This document shows positions 45,960 to 51,623 of a stretch of DNA of 51,623 nt, one piece after another. Each line of letters starts with the position of its first letter. Within the stretch, counting starts at the first letter, position 1. A model generated the notes under the pieces. It worked only from the letters and a program-made list of their open reading frames with translations. It did no database searches and had not been told where the DNA came from. The position numbers were made by a program, and so were the translations under genes. The DNA is taken from assembly GCA_035289525.1 (NCBI GenBank), contig DATDWU010000046.1, forward strand, positions 1 through 51,623. Reading direction: 5' to 3'. The DNA comes from Patescibacteria group bacterium (GTDB lineage: Bacteria > Patescibacteriota > Microgenomatia > Daviesbacterales > UBA10151).

Positions 45960-46484
45960 ATGTCATTAACCGAAGAGCAAAAAAGAAAAATTGAAGAGGA
46001 AGAGAGATATAGGGCTTCTCTGAGATCAGAGGTGCATAATTACCAAAAACCAAAGAAAAAAGGCATTGGCTGTTTCAATTTGATCGGGATATTATTTCTC
46101 TCTTTTGTTTTGCTTATAGCAGTAAGTATGTACCGCTCTAACGGTATCCCGCCATCAAATACAACTGTGATTCCAAGCCCGAAAGCAAGTAAAAACACAG
46201 ATGATTTAGTTGGTAATGTTAATTTCGATGGTGCCCAGTTTAATATGACTAATCAGGAAGCTATTGACTGGGAGCATTGCTGGATTACTTTAAATAAAGA
46301 CTATTTTTATCCATCTAATGCTCCGGCTCAAAAGTTTAATGGAGTAAAAGCAGGAGAGACTATTACTTTTTCTCCGGGTGAGTTTACAAAAAAAGATGGT
46401 ACAAGATTTAATGCTTTTTCAATAAAACCACAGGGAATGTCTATGGATTGTGACGGTAGATTTGGTTATTGGGCTTGGAACTAA
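45960..46484 (+). CDS. single-pass membrane protein with extracytoplasmic domain
   Basis: Charged N-terminus, one TM helix (IGILFLSFVLLIAV), and a GGAG SD 7 nt upstream. Confidence 0.55.
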   Translation: MSLTEEQKRKIEEEERYRASLRSEVHNYQKPKKKGIGCFNLIGILFLSFVLLIAVSMYRSNGIPPSNTTVIPSPKASKNTDDLVGNVNFDGAQFNMTNQEAIDWEHCWITLNKDYFYPSNAPAQKFNGVKAGETITFSPGEFTKKDGTRFNAFSIKPQGMSMDCDGRFGYWAWN

Positions 46485-46560
46485 ATATTTATTACGCATT
46501 ATAAAACCTACTATTTTTTTTCAATCAGGCGCTTTTAAGTAGTGGTAAAATATATGAGCT

Positions 46561-47085
46561 ATGAACAATAACCATTATCTTGGTAGACCAACTCTCTCTA
46601 GTGACGAAATAGACGCAATTTTCCGCAAATTAGAGCCATATTTGAGGTCCGGCTTGAGTGTTAATAAGGCTTGTCTGCAAGCTCAAATTCCTAAATCAAC
46701 AGTTTATGATTTATACACTGAAAATAGTCAATTTGCGGAAAAAGTAGAGGCAGCTAAAAATTATAGTTCGGTACTCATAAACAATATTCTGATTAAAGAA
46801 CTCTCAAGGATAGCAGTGAAGCAAAAAGAAGATAGGAAACTAACACAACAGGATATAAAATTGGTGCAATGGCTTGCAGTAAACAGTAAAAGCACTCAAG
46901 AGGAGTTTGGGAGGCAAATTGAGATAAACCAAAAAGATTCTTTAGAAGAAAAAAAACAAGAGGCGTTTAATATCCTTCAAGATCCGAAAGCCTTTGAAAT
47001 TATGTTTAGAGTCCATAACATTGCAGTACAAAGAATGAATGAGAAAGCTGAGTCTATTAGACATCCTGAGGCTCAAACTTTATAA
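46561..47085 (+). CDS. HTH DNA-binding protein (phage small-terminase/regulator-like)
   Basis: GLSVNKACLQAQIPKSTVYDLY helix-turn-helix near the N-terminus. Confidence 0.5.
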   Translation: MNNNHYLGRPTLSSDEIDAIFRKLEPYLRSGLSVNKACLQAQIPKSTVYDLYTENSQFAEKVEAAKNYSSVLINNILIKELSRIAVKQKEDRKLTQQDIKLVQWLAVNSKSTQEEFGRQIEINQKDSLEEKKQEAFNILQDPKAFEIMFRVHNIAVQRMNEKAESIRHPEAQTL

Positions 47086-47273
47086 TATGATATTATAATT
47101 AGACTGATTTGACAATCTAATCCTTGACAAATATTTATTGGTATGGTATTCTGTTTTTACTCTAAAAAAACATTAAGTTTATCTTTAGAGTATTAGTTAC
47201 TTCTAGGTTCCTCAAATAAATATAAGCATAAAAATAAATATATGAATAAAGATTCAGTTATGAAAAATTTTTA

Positions 47274-47465
47274 TTGCTTATGCCCATTTTCACTGTTAAT
47301 AAAGCTAGAAAAATACTCGGAAAAATAGCGAATAATATTAGTGACGAAGAACTAGAAAAAGATATTAAAACGGCTGAAATACTAAAAGTCATTTTCTTTA
47401 ACAATTACCGCCCTCAAAAAAAATCTCAGCAAGTTTATACTCCAAAAGAAAATGGTAAAGCCTAA
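47274..47465 (+). CDS. small protein overlapping the recombinase start
   Basis: 63-aa ORF with a 14-nt overlap with the recombinase gene. The ATG at 47280 is an alternative start. Confidence 0.35.
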   Translation: MLMPIFTVNKARKILGKIANNISDEELEKDIKTAEILKVIFFNNYRPQKKSQQVYTPKENGKA

Positions 47466-48972
47466 AGCAGTAATTTACATAAGAGTATCTGATGAAAGTC
47501 AGGTTAAAAATAATAGTCTCGGTACTCAATTAAAAATTTGTCAAAATTTTGCTAAAAGTAACGAGTTAGAAGTTGTTGAAGTTTTTAGGGATGAGGGTGT
47601 TTCTGCAAAACATATCCAAACCCGTCCTGCAATGAGGCGTCTTCTTAGTTTTTGTACTGTTAAGAAAAACAATATTTCGAGAGTAATTGTTTACAAAATG
47701 GATCGTTGGACTCGCAATACCGAGGAAGGTTTGATTGCAATGTCATTTCTTGCTAAGTATGGAGTTGCAGTTATCCCCGCAACAGAGGTTGCAGACCAAA
47801 CTCCAATGGGTAAAGCTATGAGGACAATATTGATGGTTTTAGGTGAGCTTGATAATGGTCTCAAATCGGAAAGAGTTAAAGATAATATGCAGTCTCTATT
47901 TAGAAGTGGTGTTTGGTGCTGGAAACCGCCCATAGGTTATATTCGTCCAAAAGGAACAAAAGAAGAGACAAAAGGCAAACCGCCAATTGTCTTTAAAAAA
48001 ATCGCTGATCTGCTGATAATGTTAATCAACAAAGCCTCCGAATCAAACTATTCAAAAAAATACCTAGCTGAATATTTGAACTCCCTAGGATTTAAACAAG
48101 GTTATGGAAAACAAGCAGATGGAAAACTGATAACTCATATATTAAAGAATAGCTTTTATTGTGGCAAAATGTATGCTAATAAATGGGATGAATATCGTGT
48201 TGGCAAGCATCAGCCTATTATTGACGAAGCTACTTGGGAGAGAGCATATATGAATACTTTTGGAACTAAGCGAAAAAATAAAACACAGGACAGCTCTGAA
48301 TATCCGCTTAAAGGTATATTGTTCTGTGGGAACTGTAATCGTCCTCAAACTTCAAGCAATCCAAGAGGAAGAAACAAGAATTATAAAATGTATGAATGCC
48401 ATCAGGATACTTGCAAGCATAATGAACGGATAGGTATAGATGAGGCCCATAAGCAATTTTTGAATATTCTCAGTCAGCTAAAACCAACAGAACGAGTTCT
48501 TAAACTTTTTAGTGCTTTGGTTTTTGAAGAGTGGGATGTAAGCATTGCGAAATCAAGAAATGAAGCAAGCATTATAGAAAATCAAGTTACTCAGCTTGAA
48601 AATAAATTAACAACAATCTCTGAAAGTAATTCAAAAGGAATCCTGAGTGATGATGAAGCCAAAGCCAGAGCTGAGGAGACGAGGCGTGAAATTGCAGTTC
48701 TAAAAATAGAGAGATTCGACTATAAGATTGAGGAATATGATACAGAAACAGTCAAAAATTTTACAGAAGCATTTTTAACTAATTTAGATAAATTGTGGAT
48801 GGAGCTAGATTTAGCTCATAAACAACAGCTTCAACAACAAATTTTTCCTAAAGGTTTAGTCTGTAAAAACAAGAAAGTTCGAACCACTAGTTTAGCAAGT
48901 TCTTTCGAGCTGATGAAAGCTTTGAAAGATGAAAATTTCAATTTAGTGATCCAGCAGGGACTCGAACCCTGA
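47452..48972 (+). CDS. large serine recombinase (integrase)
   Basis: AVIYIRVSDESQ catalytic Ser region, MDRWTRN, recombinase domain, Cys-rich zinc ribbon (CGNCN...YECHQDTC), and a coiled coil. Confidence 0.9.
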   Translation: MVKPKAVIYIRVSDESQVKNNSLGTQLKICQNFAKSNELEVVEVFRDEGVSAKHIQTRPAMRRLLSFCTVKKNNISRVIVYKMDRWTRNTEEGLIAMSFLAKYGVAVIPATEVADQTPMGKAMRTILMVLGELDNGLKSERVKDNMQSLFRSGVWCWKPPIGYIRPKGTKEETKGKPPIVFKKIADLLIMLINKASESNYSKKYLAEYLNSLGFKQGYGKQADGKLITHILKNSFYCGKMYANKWDEYRVGKHQPIIDEATWERAYMNTFGTKRKNKTQDSSEYPLKGILFCGNCNRPQTSSNPRGRNKNYKMYECHQDTCKHNERIGIDEAHKQFLNILSQLKPTERVLKLFSALVFEEWDVSIAKSRNEASIIENQVTQLENKLTTISESNSKGILSDDEAKARAEETRREIAVLKIERFDYKIEEYDTETVKNFTEAFLTNLDKLWMELDLAHKQQLQQQIFPKGLVCKNKKVRTTSLASSFELMKALKDENFNLVIQQGLEP

Positions 48973-49018
48973 ACCTATTCCTTAAGAGGGAAGTGCTCTA
49001 CCATTGAGCTACTGGACC
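48947..49018 (-). tRNA. tRNA-Lys (anticodon CUU)
   Basis: 72-nt cloverleaf: GGTCCAG/CTGGATC, GCTC-AATGGTA-GAGC, CTTCC-CTCTTAA-GGAAT, CAGGG-TTCGAGT-CCCTG. Its 3' 26 nt overlap the recombinase ORF on the other strand. Confidence 0.85.
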
Positions 49019-49158
49019 AATCGCATCGAAGATTCTGCCAGACCTAAAGCTATTAAATAAACTATTACTGCCGAATCATCGAACCCAACCATCCTTGTTC
49101 TGTTTATAAACAGGGCAAAGAGTATCAAATTATACCTAATTTGTGTTTCAATTTCGAA

Positions 49159-49392
49159 TCAGTCCAGGCCCCGGCGTTTTTTCTCTGCACTTAAAACCTG
49201 ATCGGCGATATTTAGCTCCTGCGGATTTTCTCCGTCATCCGCCTTATACAAACCCATTTCGTGGGCGTTTTCGAGCATATCATCATCAGCTTCAAGATCA
49301 ACATCGCTTCCGCTTATGGCGCCTTCACCGGATACGGCCGGAGTTATTGCCTGCTTATGTTTTCTATCGTCATCACTGTTTGATTTTGCCAT
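49159..49392 (-). CDS. small acidic protein
   Basis: 77-aa ORF with a strong SD (AGGAGGTGAT) 8 nt upstream. Asp/Glu-rich. Confidence 0.65.
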   Translation of the reverse strand: MAKSNSDDDRKHKQAITPAVSGEGAISGSDVDLEADDDMLENAHEMGLYKADDGENPQELNIADQVLSAEKKRRGLD

Positions 49393-49472
49393 TTTTTATA
49401 TCACCTCCTGAATTTTGAGTTTAGTATAAATAAGGAAATATTACTATGATATGACAGAATGAACTTGAATTT

Positions 49473-49522
49473 GCGCGTCCGGAGGGACAATGAGCCCAAT
49501 TTCTTTAAAGAAATTGGCGAAC
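49473..49522 (-). repeat. tRNA-like two-hairpin element, copy C
   Basis: GCGCGTCCGGA GGG-N7-CCC (C)CAATTTC-N6-GAAATTG(G) CGAAC. Confidence 0.45.
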
Positions 49523-49624
49523 TTGCTTCCTAATTATAATTCCTAACTTTCTAAGATAAATGAACTAATAAAAAGTATGAAATGTGTGAGTTAAATCGCA
49601 GTTTGAGTCTTCATGAGCTATAAA

Positions 49625-49662
49625 ACAAAAAGAGCCGGACATGTAGTCCGACTTTTTGTTTT
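49625..49662. terminator. bidirectional intrinsic terminator
   Basis: A run, then AGCCGGAC-atgta-GTCCGACT, then a T run. Confidence 0.6.
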
Positions 49663-49721
49663 GCGCGCCCGGAGGGACTAAATAATCCCCAATCCTGAAA
49701 TAAATTCAAGATTGCCGAACC
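49663..49721 (-). repeat. tRNA-like two-hairpin element, copy D
   Basis: GCGCGCCCGGA GGGA-N8-TCCC CAATC-N15-GATTG CCGAACC. The flank up to about 49815 shares the blocks CTTGCGTTCA and CTACTCC with the copy-B flank. Confidence 0.5.
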
Positions 49722-49821
49722 TGCTCACTCACACCAACACCCAGTTGTGTAGTTTAATCAGCTAATTAAAAATCCTTGCGTTCATTTTTAAATCGCAAGT
49801 TCTACTCCCAAACCGGGCAAT

Positions 49822-49857
49822 CAAAAAAATACCAGGCATAAAGCCTGGTTATTTTTG
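49822..49857. terminator. bidirectional intrinsic terminator
   Basis: A7, then ACCAGGC-ataaa-GCCTGGT, then a T run. Confidence 0.6.
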
Positions 49858-49859
49858 TT

Positions 49860-49945
49860 GAGCGCGCCTAGACGGATCAGGATGGAACACCATTTTTGAT
49901 AGTTTGGTGCATACCTTCAAGAAACTCCAGGCACTCGGACACACT
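49860..49945 (-). repeat. diverged member of the same element family, copy E
   Basis: GAGCGCGCCTAGACGG..., a CACCA-N12-TGGTG hairpin, and a GCACTCGGACACAC block resembling the copy-D flank. Confidence 0.35.
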
Positions 49946-49997
49946 TATTATAACGGAAAAGTAGCTATTATTCAGTCAGAAAGTGAGGAGAAGACTG

Positions 49998-50486
49998 ATG
50001 TTTAGCTTTGGGAAGCAAAAGCTGGTTAAAAAACCTTATGAGGAGCTTCTTGAGTCAGCACTTTTTGATGAGCTAAGTTTTTATCAAACATTTTTACAAG
50101 ACCTTCAGAACTGTGAGAAAGAAGTAGTAATTGAAAGCCCATTCATCACCTATAAACGAGCTAAAATGTTTGATCGTATTTTTGAAAATTTGTTAGAAAA
50201 AGGGGTCACTATTTATATAGTTACCCGCGACCCAAGAGAACATGATGAAAATTTGGAGGTTCAATCAGAAGAGGCAATCCAATATTTTGAAAGTATGGGA
50301 GTACAAGTTCTTATTTGTGCCGGAAACCACCACAGAAAACTAGCTATTTTAGACCGAAAAATTCTTTGGGAAGGAAGTTTAAATATTATGTCGCAGACCA
50401 GAAGCCGGGAAATTATGAGAAGAATTAATAGCAGAGTTATGGCTCTTGAAATGTTTAATTTTCTAAAATTGGAAAGATTTCTATAG
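49998..50486 (+). CDS. single-HKD phospholipase D-like (Nuc-type) nuclease
   Basis: HHRKLAILDRKILWEGSLN is a full HxK(x4)D(x6)GSxN motif. A GAGGAG SD lies 8 nt before the ATG at 49998. Confidence 0.8.
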   Translation: MFSFGKQKLVKKPYEELLESALFDELSFYQTFLQDLQNCEKEVVIESPFITYKRAKMFDRIFENLLEKGVTIYIVTRDPREHDENLEVQSEEAIQYFESMGVQVLICAGNHHRKLAILDRKILWEGSLNIMSQTRSREIMRRINSRVMALEMFNFLKLERFL

Positions 50487-50505
50487 TATTTGTTACAATA
50501 ACGTT

Positions 50506-50691
50506 ATGAAACAACAGTTTTCAAAAGAAGAAATCGAAAAAACCATAAATTATTTGAAGACAAACCGCCCAGACCTGCCTGCAACAAAGGAAGAAGCCAT
50601 TAAAATTTTGGCAGCTATGCAAGGCACCTCAGAGTCTTTTGTTAAAACAGTAATAAAAGCAGCCAAGAAAAATTCTAAGAAATCAAACTAA
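50506..50691 (+). CDS. small hypothetical protein
   Basis: 61-aa Lys-rich ORF directly downstream of the HKD gene. Confidence 0.4.
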   Translation: MKQQFSKEEIEKTINYLKTNRPDLPATKEEAIKILAAMQGTSESFVKTVIKAAKKNSKKSN

Positions 50692-50891
50692 AAAGGAAGT
50701 ATTTCGGAAGATTTTACTTTCAAAACTTTAAAAATCTTCTCTAAAGTATCCAGAGCCGGATGTAACTCGCCTCTTTCAATCCGGGAATAATAATTTGGGT
50801 GAATTCCTGCTTTTTCAGCAACTTCAACCTGAGTTAACTTTCTTTCCTTCCGGGCTTTTTTAATGTTTTTGCCAATTTTAACTGTATCCAC
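50688..50891 (-). CDS. XRE-family HTH regulator
   Basis: IGKNIKKARKERKLTQVEVAEKAGIHPNYYSRIERG. Confidence 0.8.
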   Translation of the reverse strand: MDTVKIGKNIKKARKERKLTQVEVAEKAGIHPNYYSRIERGELHPALDTLEKIFKVLKVKSSEILPF

Positions 50892-50899
50892 TCCACAAA

Positions 50900-51184
50900 T
50901 TATACAACTTTTCCGACCTCATAGGTTTTCATTTCCATCCCATTGTTAAAAATCAAGATAATTTCTTCCTTTTTATATCTTCTGTCCTGACGACTTCCAA
51001 ATCGCAAGGCAATTAATTTCCCTTGCTTATCCCATTGCCGCAATGTCCACGCACTTAGATTGAGAATTTTTGACACCTGATCAATAGTTAATAAAGGTGG
51101 CCAAGTTCTGGGCAATCCTGCGGTAAAAGTTGGGTTAAATGGATTAACTGCCATAACTAAAACTAATTTATACCAACTTACCAT
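50900..51184 (-). CDS. MerR/excisionase-type HTH protein
   Basis: LLTIDQVSKILNLSAWTLRQWDKQGKLIALRFGSRQDRRY. Confidence 0.65.
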   Translation of the reverse strand: MVSWYKLVLVMAVNPFNPTFTAGLPRTWPPLLTIDQVSKILNLSAWTLRQWDKQGKLIALRFGSRQDRRYKKEEIILIFNNGMEMKTYEVGKVV

Positions 51185-51228
51185 AAGTTAACACAGGAGG
51201 CAATAAGTGCTATATTAGTGAGTAATTT

Positions 51229-51623
51229 ATGCCTGCTAAAGCTGCCAGTTTTAAGAAAATTTTGTCCATCGATGGAGGTGGGATTAAAGGCGTATTCCCG
51301 GCATCATTTTTATCAACGGTTGAGGATTCAATCAAAGGTAAAGTAAGTGATCATTTTGATTTAATTGTTGGAACGTCCACTGGAGGTATTATCGCTCTTG
51401 CTTTAGGTTTGGGATTTTCTGCAAAAGAAATATTAGAATTCTACGAACAGTATGGACCAAAAATATTTAAGGGTAATAAATTCCTTAGCTTTATTCGTCA
51501 ATTAGGATATGCTAAGTACGAACATAAAGATCTTAAACTGGCATTAATAAATACCTTTGGTGACAAAAAAATTGGTCAAAGCAAAAATCGGCTTGTTATT
51601 CCAAGTTTGAATCTTGAAACAGG
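51229..51623 (+). CDS. patatin-like phospholipase (3' end outside the window)
   Basis: ILSIDGGGIKGVF (GGGxKG oxyanion hole) and GTSTGG (GxSxG nucleophile). The open frame runs to the window end. Not on the ORF track because it has no stop. Confidence 0.8.
   Translation, partial: MPAKAASFKKILSIDGGGIKGVFPASFLSTVEDSIKGKVSDHFDLIVGTSTGGIIALALGLGFSAKEILEFYEQYGPKIFKGNKFLSFIRQLGYAKYEHKDLKLALINTFGDKKIGQSKNRLVIPSLNLET

Larger units (their letters stand above)
42266..48972. mobile_element. integrated element carrying a large serine recombinase, next to tRNA-Lys(CUU)
   Basis: The recombinase sits at the right edge and reads into the tRNA. The element also has phage-like regulators, an HNH endonuclease and orphan genes. 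The left boundary is only estimated. Confidence 0.5.

Noticed and set aside
49100-49113. Perfect palindrome CTGTTTATAAACAG upstream of tRNA-Lys(CUU), considered as an SOS box.
   Set aside because: The spacing is CTGT-N6-ACAG rather than N8. It is a single occurrence, is not near any SOS gene, and is absent upstream of lexA.
49143-49418. 91-aa plus-strand ORF.
   Set aside because: It overlaps the minus-strand 77-aa acidic ORF, which has a strong AGGAGGTGAT ribosome-binding site. The plus-strand product is low-complexity (Pro/Arg/His/Phe-rich) and has no start context.
49420-49980. Integron cassette array or attC sites (CCGAAC resembling an RYYYAAC inverse core).
   Set aside because: There are no cassette ORFs between the repeats, no matching GTTRRRY core at the far end, and no integron integrase.
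1-51623. Alternative genetic code (UGA recoding, as in some candidate phyla).
   Set aside because: Conserved genes read through without in-frame TGA, and several end at TGA in the expected places (for example the recombinase and the 41314 gene). The standard code fits.

Overview
This is an AT-rich bacterial chromosomal window that uses the standard genetic code. Genes are small and tightly packed, and many promoter-like hexamers sit directly against start codons. The gene content and style resemble a small-genome Patescibacteria/CPR-type organism, but that is inference only.

Bases 1 to about 41.9 kb are mostly core genome:
- tRNA-Lys(UUU), then envelope and nuclease genes and rsmI.
- A six-gene lysine operon on the minus strand (lysC, dapB, dapA, asd, dapL, lysA).
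- lexA, a patatin-like gene broken at an A8 tract, and a two-component pair.
- uvrB, uvrA and uvrC within 10 kb of each other, and secG.
- A short MshC-like cysteine ligase divergent from an LmbE-type deacetylase.
- Two tandem paralogous surface proteins, an RRM protein and typA.

Bases 41.9 to 51.6 kb are accessory:
- A family of tRNA-like two-hairpin repeats.
- An integrated element of about 6.7 kb whose large serine recombinase ORF terminates inside an intact tRNA-Lys(CUU).
- An HKD (PLD-like) nuclease, two HTH regulators, and a patatin phospholipase gene that runs off the window.

Short palindromic MITE-like repeats occur in intergenic DNA and once in frame inside uvrC. I recognised no rRNA, CRISPR array or transposase. 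All functional calls come from motifs read by eye; no searches were run.
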